A DNA stretch of 64,000 bases from Eledone cirrhosa (Eukaryota). The DNA is taken from NCBI GenBank assembly GCA_964016885.1, contig CAXHJY010001637.1, positions 1 through 64,000 on the forward strand. The letters are read 5' to 3'. Below, piece after piece: positions 17,115 through 35,626 of this stretch (positions within the stretch are counted from its first letter, which is position 1; every line of letters begins with the position of its first letter). Under the pieces are notes generated by a model, which was given only the letters and a program-made list of their open reading frames with translations, was not told where the DNA came from and did no database searches. The translations under genes were made by a program, and so were the position numbers.

Positions 17115-20100
17115 TTAATTGTAAGTTGTGATGTTGCTGTTCCACTCATATTTTCTATTTAATTTTGGTTGTAATTCTTTTATGTTTATTGCCTCTGTAA
17201 TTTGTCTAAACATTGCGTCTTTTCTGTGTGTAGATTCTATTTTTATTTCTATGTTCTCTAATTTACCCTTGTGTTCTATTTTAGCATGTTGGTAGAGTAC
17301 AGATGATTCTTTACTATCTTGAAGGTCTTGCCAGTGTTCAATAACCCGTTCCCCTACACTACGAGCTGTCTCACCTATGTACACTATATTTTTGTCTCTA
17401 CATTGTCCTTCAGTACATCTTATGTTATACACTACATTTCTAGTTTTACAGTTAATATGGGGGCTTATTTTTACAGGTTATACATTTCTTATCTATACAT
17501 GAGGGTCTTTGAAAAGGGTATGTCTTGCTAATAAGTGTTTTTACGGAGGTACCTGGTCTTTCTACTATCTTAATATTGAGTTTATGTTATTTAGGCTTCT
17601 TCTAAATTTGTAAGCTAATTCACCTCTAGGGGTTGTATCGATGAACATTACACTCTGGTATTTATTGCTATCATACCATGAGTTTATTCTATTAGCCTTG
17701 TTCCTAGTTCTTTCTATTCTATTCCAAAATTTGCTCCTATATAAGGGGCAGGTCCCATTTATGTCATTATTTACGATTTTTTCCCATTTGGTTCTGGCTC
17801 CTCTATACACTCTGATTTTTCTCTCTGATTGTAGCCAGAGAACTGCATACGGTGGATGAAGTGTTGTATGTGTCTCTCTAGTTCTTCTGGGTTGCACATG
17901 CGGGACATGTTTCTCATCACCCGTACCAAATCCGCTATCAGTATGTTGATTTTGGTATGGTCCGAAACGGCCGAGTTTCGGTGGATCAGATGTTTGGAAG
18001 TCATGGGTTTGGCATAATGGGAATGGAGGATTTGTTTTTTGTTATTAATGGTATCTAACCAGAGCTCTGTGTCTAGTACAGGTAATCGATGGTTGGGGTG
18101 TTTATTTGGGTAGTCTATAGTAACTCTAATGCTCTGGTGGATGGAGTTAGCTATTTGCTGGATGCTTTCCATTGTGTTTTTCTTTAGTTCCTGACTGTTC
18201 TCTAGTGGGGGTGTCTTAACTACGATGTTTATATCATCAACGTAGCGGGAGTACATCATCAGGGTTAAGGGGTCTTTTAATTGTTCTTTAAGCTTAAGTT
18301 TAAGTCTACTGTCCCACCATACCATGAATAAGTTAGCTATGTCGCCTGCAATGCTAACACCAATGGCTGCTCCTTCCTCTTGGGCATATGTTTTTCCATT
18401 CAATTTGAACATATGTTCCTTAAGGGTTAGTTTTATGCTGGCCCCTACCGCACGTGCAATCATTTTCTTCAGTTCATCGTGGTTTTCGGGTGTCCGTATG
18501 GCTCTGGTCCACCCGTTCCATCTATCTGTGTGGGTTTTCTTGGCCATTGAGGTAATGGTAGGTGGTCTGCCTTTTGTTGGTCTTGTAGGGCACATATGTG
18601 TCTAGGTAATTATTACTATAGGTAAGTTTAAGTAGGAGTCCCAGGTCACTGGTATCAATCCCACGGAACTCAACATTGGTCTCACTGATCATTTCTACGC
18701 ATTTCTCCACAGCAAAATCCACGTCAATAGATGGATACAGGGACACAACATCCATACTACCTATTATGCAGTTTGTTAGGTCCCTAGATCGATTACTCAC
18801 GCCGATTCTGCTGAGGAGGTCCTCCTTGCTGTCACATACATCTGGGGACATTTCAATGATGGGGCGTATGATCAGGGAGAGGAAGTAGGACAGTCTGTAG
18901 TTACTAGCAATGTTAGCTCCACAGACTGGCCGTGTTGGTGGTCCCGCGACAGGGTCATAGCCCGTTTTATGGTCTTTTCGAAGCCCATACAACGTCGGCA
19001 CGTCATTGTTCCAGGCCTGGAAGTTGTTGGCAGTCCTTTTGTTGGGCTGCATTATATTCGTCCACATCACTATATGGGCATTGAGGGCTTTTTCTCTATC
19101 CTCATGCTCCTGTGGTGTTACCTCTCTTGTGTTAGTGATGTGGGGTTGCATTGCCTGGATGTAGTTTGGCAGGCTGCCAACCGACATTCTGCCAGACTTG
19201 TCTGTTGGAAAGCATGCTATCTCTCCATTACGCGAGTGCTGCATGAGCTTACGCAAGCCATTTGCAGATTTTTCTCCCAGTTGCTGGGCCTCCATTCTAT
19301 TATGCCTCTTGCTATACTGTTCTATAATATTGCTAAGTTCGGATCTAGCTATACTAAATTGTGCTTCTGTTTGTTCATCGACCCGCGACGGCAATTGCGT
19401 GCGTTTGTTAAATGGTAAAGTCGTGGCGTGGACTCGTCGCAGGTCGAACGATTTATCGGAGGGATTATAAAAGCTAGACTTCCAGGCTGCTGCTTTATGT
19501 GTACTAGTGCTATTGTTATTGTTAGTTGTGTTGTTTCTATTTCTATTTCCACCAACAGCCTCATGGTTGTTTCTATGTCTCTCATAATTACTCCTGTCTC
19601 TTTCCACTGGCTCATTGTTGTTATCTACCCTATTTTGTATGTCTGTGTGTTCGTCTTGGTTATTTTCTTTGTCCTTAGTCTCCCTTCTCCTTTTAATCCT
19701 ATTACTTTCCCTTATTTCTGTGATTTCTGTGCTACTGTCATTACTTGTTCTCTGTGTCTGTGTGTTTGTTAAGATTGTGGTGGTGGTGAGAGGCATTGAA
19801 TGTGTGTGTGTTGTTGTTGTTGATGTGTGCTGTTGTTGATGTGTGTTGTTGTTGTCTCCGTGTGTGTTATTATTGTTGTGTGTGTTGTTATTGTTGTTTG
19901 TGTCTGCGTGTCTGTTGTTGTTGTTTCTAGGTATGTTATTATTGTTGTTGTTGTTGGTGTGTGTGTTGTTGTTATTGTTGTTTGTGGCTGTGTGTCTGTT
20001 GTTGTTGGGATGTGTGTTGTATATGTGTGTGCGTATATTGTTGCTTTTGTTTTTGTTTTTGTTTTTGAGGCTCCAGCGTAGTTTTGTAAATGATTTTTCT

Positions 20101-20800
20101 ATTTCTGACAGACAACTAATCACATTTACCTTCTTGAATGTCGCATACTTAGGTGGAAGTTGTAATGCAGATAATTCATCGTTATCTATCATTGTGTTGC
20201 CGTATATATTTGTGTTGGTGTTGTTGTTGAACTCATCTGTTAATGAGGTGTCGGCCATATTTATACCGTCAATTTTGTCGGGATATCTATTGGTATTCTC
20301 TATAGTATCCTGATTTAGCTTTATCTGCTTAAGCCACTTTAGTTTCTTGTTAAAGTGCTTATCACATCCTTGAGTAATGTACTGTTCTTCAGGGCGTATA
20401 AGGCTTATAAATATTAGTTTCTCTCTTGGTGTGGTGATCCTAGCTATTCCTTGTATTAGGTTACGATTATGTTTTTCTTGATGACTTAATTCTCTATAGA
20501 TCTTTTTTTTATGTTTAGAATTAGTGTTCGTTTTAGCCTATCTGCTTGTTTTTTGGTGAGTTGTAAGCTTCTCACGTCGGTGTTGATGGTGTTGGTGTAA
20601 ACTCGGGACGAGGCACATTCTTTTATGAAGTGTAGTTGTCGAGATGTTATGGTTTTTCGTAGACAACAGAACATGGTGGTTTTCAGTATCTTGTTAGCCT
20701 GGCTAAGGCTTACGATATTTCGTTTCTGAATTTGTTTAGCAAGATTCTTTATCTGAAATCGTGTGTTGAAACCGATATTGTTATACTTTGGGAGGGTCAT
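17115..20800 (-). pseudogene. PLE polyprotein (N-terminal domain, RT, Cys-rich linker, GIY-YIG), broken by several frameshifts
   Basis: Start MTLPKYNN (ATG 20800); LHFIKEC; YGLRKDHK..TRPVCG; SMDVVSLYPSID; QEEGAAIG..IANLFM; YSRYVDD; LPVLD; CIDKKCITC..C; VYIGETARS..ER..EH; EA..I....PKLN. Confidence 0.93.
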
Positions 20801-20930
20801 GTTGCCAATAAGAAACACACGCACCAGTTGCTTTCACTTCAATTTAATTTATTATATATTTATAAATTTACAAATTTATAAATTTCTGGTTGGTTGGTTG
20901 GTTCCACAACCAGATAGTTGTTTATATATT

Positions 20931-20973
20931 GTCATAGTTCTTTCGTCACACACTCTGTGACCTCTTCAGTGAC
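20931..20973 (-). ncRNA. Minimal type I HHR in the upstream pseudo-LTR, 4060 nt from the downstream copy
   Basis: Identical motif to 16871-16913; ~130 nt upstream of the ORF start. Confidence 0.8.
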
Positions 20974-22171
20974 TGGGGATTCCTTTCTTTGTTTCTGTGC
21001 CTCCCCTTTGTTCTGCCGTACGCCATTTTGTTTCTGTGTGTGTGTTGTGTGCTCAGTCTGCGCATGCGCCACATCCGGGTGTCTGTGTGTGTTTATGTTC
21101 ATTTATTTATTTGTTTATTTACATGTTACTGGTTGGTTGCTTGTTCTGTGTGTGTGTGTGTTTTCATTTTGTCCTTAATTGTAAGTTGTGATGTTGCAGT
21201 TCCACTCATATTTTCTATTTAATTTTGGTTGTAATTCTTTTATGTTTATTGCCTCTGTAATTTGTCTAAACATTGCGTCTTTTCTGTGTGTAGATACTAT
21301 TTTTATTTCTATGTTCTCTAATTTACCCTTGTGTTCTATTTTAGCATGTTGGTAGAGTACAGATGATTCTTTACTATCTTGAAGGTCTCACCAGTGTTCA
21401 ATTACCCGTTCCCCTACACTACGAGCTGTCTCACCTATGTACACTATATTTTTGTCTCTACATTGTCCTTCAGTACATCTTATGCTATACACTACATTTC
21501 TAGTTTTACAGTTAATATGGTGGCTTATTTTACAGGTTATACATTTCTTATCTATACATGAGGGTCTTAGAAAAGGGTATGTCTTGCTAATAAATGTTTT
21601 TACGGAAGTACCTGGTCTTTCTACTATCTTAATATTGAGTTTATGTAAAGACATACCCTTTTCAAAGACCCTCATGTATAGATAAGAAATGTATAACCTG
21701 TAAAATAAGCCCCCATATTAACTGTAAAACTAGAAATGTAGTGTATAGCATAATATGTACTGAAGGACAATGTAGAGACAAAAATATAGTGTACATAGGT
21801 GAGACAGCTCGTAGTGTAGGGGAACGGGTAAATGAACACTGGCAAGACCTTAAAGATAGTAAAGAATCATCTGTACTCTACCAACATGCTAAAATAGAAC
21901 ACAAGGGTAAATTAGAGAACATAGAAATAAAAATAGAATCTACACACAGAAAAGACGCAATGTTTAGACAAATTACAGAGGCAATAAACATAAAAGAATT
22001 ACAACCAAAATTAAATAGAAAATATGAGTGGAACAGCATAAGCAAACAACATAAGCACACACAGACACCCGGATGTGGCGCATGCGCAGACTGAGCACAC
22101 AACACACACAGAAACAAAATGGCGTACGACAGAACAAAGGAGAGGCACAGAAACAAAGAAAGGAATCCCCA

Positions 22172-22214
22172 GTCACTGAAGAGGTCACAGAGTGTGTGAC
22201 GAAAGAACTATGAC
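22172..22214 (+). ncRNA. Minimal type I HHR in the inverted pseudo-LTR
   Basis: gtca-CTGAAGA-g-gtcac(agagtgt)gtgac-GAAA-gaac-TA-tgac. Confidence 0.8.
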
Positions 22215-22376
22215 AATATATAAACAACTATCTGGTTGTGGAACCAACCAACCAACCAGAAATTTATAAATTTATAAATTTATTATAAATTTATTATAAT
22301 AATAAATTGAAGTGAAAGCAATGGTGCGTGGGTTTCTTATTGGCAACATGACCCTCCCAAAGTATAACAATACATG

Positions 22377-22411
<35 letters not shown>

Positions 22412-22414
22412 GTA

Positions 22415-22535
<121 letters not shown>

Positions 22536-22538
22536 GTA

Positions 22539-23284
<746 letters not shown>

Positions 23285-23292
23285 TATGTATG

Positions 23293-23466
<174 letters not shown>

Positions 23467-23551
23467 ACTTTGAATAACTTTGAAATGTTTTGGCCAGTAC
23501 TGGCCCAGGCCATGTCTAACTTAATAGCACCACCTGGCGAAGTCTTTCAAT

Positions 23552-26500
23552 TCAGGATTTGGGCACCATGGCCCATTCGAGAAGAGAATTACTGTTTGCG
23601 GAGACATATCCGGGTGTGGGTGGTTTGTCCGGGATTACTTGGAGGAATTTGTCCAAAGACTTCTTGAATTTTGTGTGGTCAGTTTCTGTTTTGACGTGTC
23701 CTGGTGTGATGTTGAAGAGAGCAGGGCCGATTGAGGTGAAATAATTGTGCCGTATTGTTGTTATGAGTTGCGATTTAGATTTTTGAATGGGACGGATAGC
23801 ACGGGGCCCAAGCCTTGGGTGTATCTTGAAGGCGATGCCAACATCATTTGGGCAGTGATGATGGAACATTTTCCACATCATGCAGATAATATAACGCTCA
23901 CGGCGACGTTGGAGTGAGTAAAGTTTCAGGTTTTCTAATCGACCCCAGTAGTCAAGGTCTGACATGCCATCTATCTTTTTCGTGATTGCCCTTTGAGGAG
24001 CTTCAAGTTTCATGATACTTTGTTTCGTGTGGGGAGACCACAGTGGACAACAGTATTCAAGGTGTGGTCGGGCGAAAGTAGAGAAGAGAAGGATAATGGT
24101 GCGGGAATCTCTCGACTGGAAGGTTCTGAGGATCCAGGAACACATTCTGCGGGCCATGTCAACTTTGCTGCTTATATGCGTGGTCCAGCTTATGTTGTTG
24201 TCCACGGTTACTCCCAAGTCTCTGATGTTGTTAGATGCCACGAGAGTTTCCCCGGAGGGAAGGGAGTACGGGAGTTTCAGAGCATCCTCTTTTCCAAAGT
24301 GGATCAGTTCGAATTTGTCTTCGTTTAGTAACATGTTGTTCTTTTCTGCCCATTGGGTAACAGCCAGTAGGTCTGACTGACGGCTTATCCGGTCATCCAC
24401 GCCATTGATGACCTTTTGGAGCTTGGAATCATCAGCGAAAATTTTAATGTTGCTGTGTTTGATGATGTCAGTGATGTCATTAATATAGATGATGAAGAGA
24501 AGTGGGCCCAACACAGTGCCTTGTGGGACCCCACTACTGACTTTGGCTGGGCTTGATTTGACTCCCTCAACTACAACATGTTGGGTTCTGTTTGACAGGA
24601 AGCTCTTGATCCACTGCAGCAGCTTTCCAGTGACACCAGTATTGGACAGCTTTCTCAGTAGAATGTTATGATCAACCCTGTCAAAGGCCTTGCTGAAATC
24701 AAGGTAGATAACATCAGTGTTGGAACCCTCTCCCAAGGCTCTCAAAATGTCATCAAAGTGATGCAGTAGCTGCGTCAGGCAATCCCTTCCATTACGGAAT
24801 CCATGCTGGTTGGAGTTCAGCATATTGTTACTCTCAAGGAAGTGGGTCATTCGCGATCTCACCACTCGCTCAAATACCTTAATGATATGAGAGGTGAGTG
24901 AGATTGGACGGTAATTCACGGCAAGGGATTTGTTTCCCTTTTTGAAAACTGGGACAACAGACTGGGATAGAAGGTTTTCTGGCACATATCCAGCATCCAG
25001 TGAGTTCCGCCACAGATTGGCAAGAGGAGATGCAAGTTGGTGTTGACACGCCTTCAAGACACAAGCAGGGAACCTATCGGGACCTACTGCTGAATTATGC
25101 TTGATTTCCTTTATTGCCGCCAAGACATCAGGGGCGCCAAACGTTATGTCCGATAAGGTGTAATGGGGAGTAACATCGCCGATACAGCCCAGATCGGCCA
25201 TATCAGGATTGCTGAAAACAGAGCAGTATTGTTTCTGCAGTATCTCACCCATGGTTTTAGCATTGTCTTGAAGAGTGCCATTTTCATCAATTAGAGGGCC
25301 AACAGTAGAGCCAGTGATTTTGTGTTTTTTTGCAAATGAAAAGAACACTTTGGGATTGAGTTTGATCTTCTCAATGCCCCAGGCCTCTTCAGCTCTTCTC
25401 TGATTGTTGATGAGGGACATTATGTTGTTTTGGAGGTTATGTTTTTTAATCTCTAGTGATGAAATGGCAGTCAAGTTGATGTGTTGCTGCTGACAGTATT
25501 TCAGCTTGTTGATTTTTTTGTTCGTTCTCTTAATTTTTCTGATGAGCGTTTTTCTATTTCTAGGGATTCTGCTCTTAGATTTGTTTATAGTTCTTAATGG
25601 GGTGTGTTTAGCACATATGTTTGTAACAGTGTCCACAAATGTCTGCCAGGACTTTTTGATGTTAGTGGGTGTATGAGTGTGCGTGAAGGACCAGTCGACA
25701 TGTGCAAGATCATGACTGATCGCTTCCCAGTTTGCATTGTGGAAATCCATAGCGTCAAACGGATGGACAGGAGAGATGACATTGGGTTTGTATATTGGAC
25801 GGTGGAATCTCAGATCACAGAGAACCATGTCATGATCAGAGAGTAGAGTTTTCTCCACTGCAATATTGTGGATATTGTCAGTGTGATTGCTGAAAATTAA
25901 GTCTAGGACGTTTTTGTGGCACCTCGTTGGTTCGAGCACCAGTTGGGATAGGAAGAGATCATCCATGAAGTCAAGAAGCGATTCCACAGCTTCCCTGTCA
26001 GAGGTTGAGGCAGAAGAACCTGGTGGCAGGCTGTTTGTGGACCAGTCAACTCCGGGGAGGTTGAAGTCCCCCATCACTAAGATGTTGTCAGGGTGACACT
26101 CTTGGATGAAACACTTTATGCTGTTGAGGCATTCCTTGAAGCATGGTACAGGCGTGTGGGGTGGCCTATAGAGCCCAACTACTAATAGGTTGTTGGTTTG
26201 ACTGAATACAGTGACTGCTTCACAGTATCCATTAGTGAATATGTTCATAGCTTCTGTTGAGAAAGAATTATGGACATAAATGGCAGTTCCGCCCTTTCTT
26301 CTGCCAGCGCGATCAGCACGGATGGCTTTGAAATTTTCCACTTTCACCTAGGCTTCCAAGTGGAGGTTACTGAGATGGGTTTCAGTGAGGACGAAGAAAG
26401 GGATGTGGTTTGGATGGACATCAATCCAGTCCTCCAGGAATTTGATCTTCCATTTTTGAGTATTGGTGGAAGGGCTGATGCCTTGAGCGTTAAGCAAAAA

Positions 26501-26572
26501 TGTAGAGGCGAGAGTGGATGGTTTTAATTGTTTTGGTGTGTTGTTAATTTGTTTGTTTGTTAATGGCAGCAA
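23552..26572 (-). pseudogene. LINE ORF2 (AP endonuclease + reverse transcriptase) with one in-frame stop at 26348-26350
   Basis: LLNAQGI, LTETHL, YRPP, GDFNLP, LDLIF, SDH; [55 protein letters not shown]. Confidence 0.93.
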
Positions 26573-27022
26573 TGGGAGTTTGTGCAGTGGGGTGATAGTG
26601 GAGGGTGGTGCTGGGTGATAGCTCGAATGTTTTTTTCCAGTTCTTTTGCCAGATTCATTATGGCTAAAAAAGAGGAAGAAGTTTCCTGTTTAGAAGACTG
26701 TTGGTGACTGTGGTAGTGGTTATTTTTATGTAGGTTATGGTTTTTGTTTTTGCTTTTATTTTTAATTTTATTTTCATTTGTCCGACGGGTCCCCGGGAGA
26801 TGGGTAAAGGGACAATCCCGGTCTAAACACAATCTGTCTCGCAGGGAAAAACGGCAGATTTGTGGATTCCTTGTTTGAGTTATTGGTGGTTGTGTTGGTG
26901 TTAAATTAGAGTATGTATTATGGTGGTGGCTGTTTGTGGGGATAGATCGTTTTGTCCTAGGTAAATGGGTGAATTTGCAGCCACTATCCGTACATATTCT
27001 ATAGCGTAGAGAGTAGCGGCAA
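26560..27022 (-). pseudogene. LINE ORF1 C-terminal remnant with two CCCH-type zinc-finger motifs
   Basis: [19 protein letters not shown] and [19 protein letters not shown] (C-x8-C-x4-C-x3-H) directly upstream of ORF2. Confidence 0.75.
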
Positions 27023-27116
<94 letters not shown>

Positions 27117-27120
27117 GTAC

Positions 27121-27700
<580 letters not shown>

Positions 27701-27707
27701 GTATATA

Positions 27708-27821
<114 letters not shown>

Positions 27822-27823
27822 TC

Positions 27824-27985
<162 letters not shown>

Positions 27986-27999
27986 TGTATATATACATG

Positions 28000-28116
<117 letters not shown>

Positions 28117-28186
28117 AAAAAGAGATGGAATCGAAAATGCAACTGAAGTCTTATTTTTTTTTTTAAATATATATATTTATTTGGTT

Positions 28187-28224
28187 CCTTTACCGGTTTC
28201 GCAGTTCTTCTGCTTTTCAAAAGG
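28187..28224 (-). ncRNA. 38-nt minimal type I HHR with U3-A8 core
   Basis: CCUU-UUGAAAA-GCAG(AAGAA)CUGC-GAAA-CCGG-UA-AAGG; palindromic stem III ACCGGU. Confidence 0.8.
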
Positions 28225-29316
28225 TGAGTTGAGATGGAGGGTCTGTGGTTTTTCCTCACATCTGGTTGGTCTCTGAATGTTACTTGTTTTATATGGAAAA
28301 AGTGGCTCGAAAGCCAGGTCTTTCGAGAAGTAATTTGATTGGTTTGTCAATAATTATAATAAATTTCGCGCCAGTTCGCGTTACAATAGTTCTTCAAATA
28401 AGAGAGGGGGGGGGGGGGGGAGTCAGAAAATATGTTCATTCAAAAATATTCCTACTAAAGGAATCACTTTCCTACACACACACATACACACACACAATAT
28501 ATATATATATTCTCTTCATCTTAACATGCTAACCATACTCCCACACACATAACACCCATACACAGACATAACAACCCCCACACCTACAATTCCCTCCCCA
28601 TTTCTACTAATAGAACCACTTTCCTACACACATATATATATACACACACACAAAATATATATTCTCTCCATCTTAACATACTCGCACACACACACATAAC
28701 ACCCATATACACACACACACAACTCCCTCCCCCATCTCTACTAATAGAATCATCTTCCAATACACACATACACACACACACACACACATACACACACACA
28801 AGCACACAAATAAACACATATCTTCAGTCTCAATAGAGAATCTGAACTCTGACACCTGAACTCTGACAGCTGGCCATATTCACTGAACCAGAACATTTCT
28901 CCCAATCCCTTTTCCCTTGACCACTATCTCTCCATTGTCATAACGTTCACTATAAAGACTTCAGAATAGTTTTCCAAATAAGGGCTCAAAAATGTAATGA
29001 AAACTTGTTCACGTGACAGCCAAATTTCATTTATAACCAACCAAAAAAAAGCCTTCGTGAGCCTCCTTTTTTCAAGTAAAAAGAAATTCAAACACTCATA
29101 TATGAAAAAACAACCTGTGACAACCCCCCTCCCCCCTCTCTTATTTGAAGAACTATTGTAACGCGAACTGGCGCGAAATTTATTATAATTATTGACAAAC
29201 CAATAAAATTACTTCTCGAAAAACCTGGCTTTCGAGCCACTTTTTCCATATAAAACAAGTAACATTCAGAGACCAACTAGATGTGAGAAAAACCACAGAC
29301 CCTCCATCTCAACTCA

Positions 29317-29354
29317 CCTCTTGAAAAGCAGAAGAACTGCGAAACCGGTAAAGG
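29317..29354 (+). ncRNA. Inverted copy of the 38-nt U3-A8 HHR
   Basis: cctc-TTGAAAA-gcag(aagaa)ctgc-GAAA-ccgg-TA-aagg; one stem I mismatch. Confidence 0.7.
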
Positions 29355-29819
29355 AACCAAATAAATATATATATTTTAAAAAAAAAATAAGACATCAGTT
29401 GCATTTTCGATTTCATCGCTTTTCCTTTATACTTCCACTCGTGTAGGACACCTCGGTTATTTTTCATTTTGTAAAAAAAACCTCACTTTCTAATATATAT
29501 ATATATATATATATGTATATATGGCAGCTTAAGGATTTACAGAAACCCAAGAAATAGATTTACCATCTTTCTAGCGGGTCCGGGTATGCTTTTTACATTC
29601 ATTTGATTTATTGATTTATTGATATTTTATCTGAGTGTCCCGAATCTTCCAGATCGGAATTTTTCGGTCGTATGGTTGATTTTAGACATGTTCTATGTGT
29701 GACGGTATTTTAACGATAGTTATAGCTCTGATTTATCTGAATTATTGAGTCCTCTGCCGCTCATTTCGAATTTTGTTTATCGTGAACTCGTGCGCCGATT
29801 TTTCGATACTCGATTATTC

Positions 29820-29855
<36 letters not shown>

Positions 29856-29859
29856 ACAT

Positions 29860-32734
<2,875 letters not shown>

Positions 32735-32763
32735 ATATATATATATGTGTATATATATATGTG

Positions 32764-32805
<42 letters not shown>

Positions 32806-32839
32806 TATATATATATATGTGTATATATATATATATGTG

Positions 32840-32923
<84 letters not shown>

Positions 32924-32989
32924 AAAGAGAAAACAGGTAAGCATTAAGAGAAGGATTTAAAACTGGATCACAATAAGCAATTTTTTGCA

Positions 32990-33311
32990 AACACACACAG
33001 ACACCCGGATGTGGCGCATGCGCAAACTGAGCACACAATACACACACAGAAACAAAATGGCGTAGGACAGAAGAAAGGAAAGGCACAGAAACAAAGAAAG
33101 GAATCCACAGTCACTGAAGAGGTCACAGAGTGTGTGACGAAAGGACTATGACTATATATAAACAACTATCTGGTTGTGGAACCAACCAACCAACCAGAAA
33201 TTTATAAGTTTGTAGATTTGTAAATTTATAAATTTATAAATATATAATAAATTGAAGTGAAAGCAACTGGTGCGTGTGTTTCTTATTGGCAACATGACCC
33301 TCCCAAAGTAT

Positions 33312-33318
<7 letters not shown>
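32990..33318 (+). mobile_element. Solo pseudo-LTR fragment of the 16652-22372 PLE family, with HHR at 33109-33153
   Basis: Matches 22057-22372; agtca-CTGAAGA-g-gtcac(agagtgt)gtgac-GAAA-ggac-TA-tgact; ends aagtataacaat+(AT)n. Confidence 0.9.
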
Positions 33319-33365
<47 letters not shown>

Positions 33366-33370
33366 GTATG

Positions 33371-33424
<54 letters not shown>

Positions 33425-33432
33425 TATGTATG

Positions 33433-33518
<86 letters not shown>

Positions 33519-33520
33519 TG

Positions 33521-33561
<41 letters not shown>

Positions 33562-33656
33562 ATATATATATATGTATGTATATATATATGTATGTATATA
33601 TATATATATATATGTATGTATATATATATATATATGTATGTATATATATATATATA

Positions 33657-33703
<47 letters not shown>

Positions 33704-33726
33704 GTATATATATGTATATATATATG

Positions 33727-33763
<37 letters not shown>

Positions 33764-33770
33764 GTATATA

Positions 33771-33882
<112 letters not shown>

Positions 33883-33884
33883 TA

Positions 33885-34636
33885 CAATTAAGTTAAAGTG
33901 TACATCTACATATGTATACGGAAGTATTAGTATGCATATAAATACACACAAGTATACATATGTACATGTACTCAGCTTTTCACTAGACACTTTACAGTGA
34001 GTGTCAGCTAGTCTGTATGTAACCACACAGGCGGACCGGGTTTTAGAGTCATACGAGTTTTCAAGGAAACACATTTCCTCTATTCTCCAGAGGGCCAGAC
34101 AGGAATATTGGACTAGTTTCGATGTTATTACATCTCATCAGCAATATTTACCCATCTTCCGGCTTCTCTGGAGAATTGTAAAAGCACATATCGTTATATG
34201 CTTTTTCTATGAAAATTAGTAGTGGGTAGACTAATTTGCATAGAACGTGAGTCATTGTACGCACCGGTTCAGCGAAACGATAAAAACAAATAACGAAACG
34301 AAATTAAATTTCGTTTCGCTTCTAACTCACTTTTGTATGACTGACGCTTAAACAATTAAGTTAAAGTGTACATCTACATATGTATACGGAAGTATTAGTA
34401 TGCATATAAATACACACATGTATACATATGTACATGTACTCAGCTTTTCACTAGACAAAGTGTCTAGTGAAAAGCTGAGTACATGTACATATGTATACAT
34501 GTGTGTATTTATATGCATACTAATACTTCCGTATACATATGTAGATGTACACTTTAACTTAATTGTTTAAGCGTCAGTCATACAAAAGTGAGTTAGAAGC
34601 GAAACGAAATTTAATTTCGTTTCGTTATTTGTTTTT
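33885..34636 (-). mobile_element. Non-coding, terminally redundant HHR element (retrozyme-like, 468-nt unit) with a fold-back arm
   Basis: Direct repeat 33885-33989 / 34353-34457 (period 468); inverted arm 34461-34637 mirrors 34281-34457; single HHR per unit; (TA)n flanks. Confidence 0.8.
34104..34148 (-). ncRNA. Fully canonical type I HHR (GUC; C17 at 34111)
   Basis: AAUAUUG-CUGAUGA-GAUGU(AAUA)ACAUC-GAAA-CUAG-UC-CAAUAUU. Stem I continues past an internal loop into ttctccagag/ctctggagaa (34083-34092 / 34166-34175). Confidence 0.92.
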
Positions 34637-34681
34637 ATATATATATATGTATATATATGTATATATATATATATGTATATA

Positions 34682-34753
<72 letters not shown>

Positions 34754-34759
34754 TATGTC

Positions 34760-35070
<311 letters not shown>

Positions 35071-35071
35071 G

Positions 35072-35125
<54 letters not shown>

Positions 35126-35133
35126 TATGTATG

Positions 35134-35328
<195 letters not shown>

Positions 35329-35580
35329 GTATATATATATATATGTATGTATATATATATATATATAGTATTTAGGTATCGAGAAAGAGAGAAAAAGGAG
35401 GGATAGGTGATACATATAGTTATTTGCCAAGTAGCGTATGCCAAAGGTGCTCGATACTAGTGCCGGCAGTATTAAATATTCGAAGTGTTAATATTTAGTC
35501 GGCTAGAGAGTTAGCAGAGCGTAAGCACGTGGGAAAGTAAAAAATCGGAGAATAGACCGTTAAAACATGTTTATTTAAAA

Positions 35581-35626
35581 TATCACCTACGTACGTTTGG
35601 CCCAGTTGGGCTTCTCAAGGGCATAA
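35581..35626 (-). ncRNA. Degenerate HHR with U3-A8 core
   Basis: CC-UUGAGAA-GCCC(AACU)GGGC-CAAA-CGUACG-UA-GG; G12 is changed to C and stem I is weak, so probably inactive. Confidence 0.5.

Larger units (their letters stand above)
16652..22372 (-). mobile_element. Full-unit Penelope-like retroelement with partial-tandem pseudo-LTRs and an inverted terminal copy
   Basis: Direct repeats 16652-17586 and 20715-21645 (~4.06-kb unit); inverted copy 21648-22372; RT + GIY-YIG between; HHR in each repeat; (TA)n at both ends. Confidence 0.95.
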
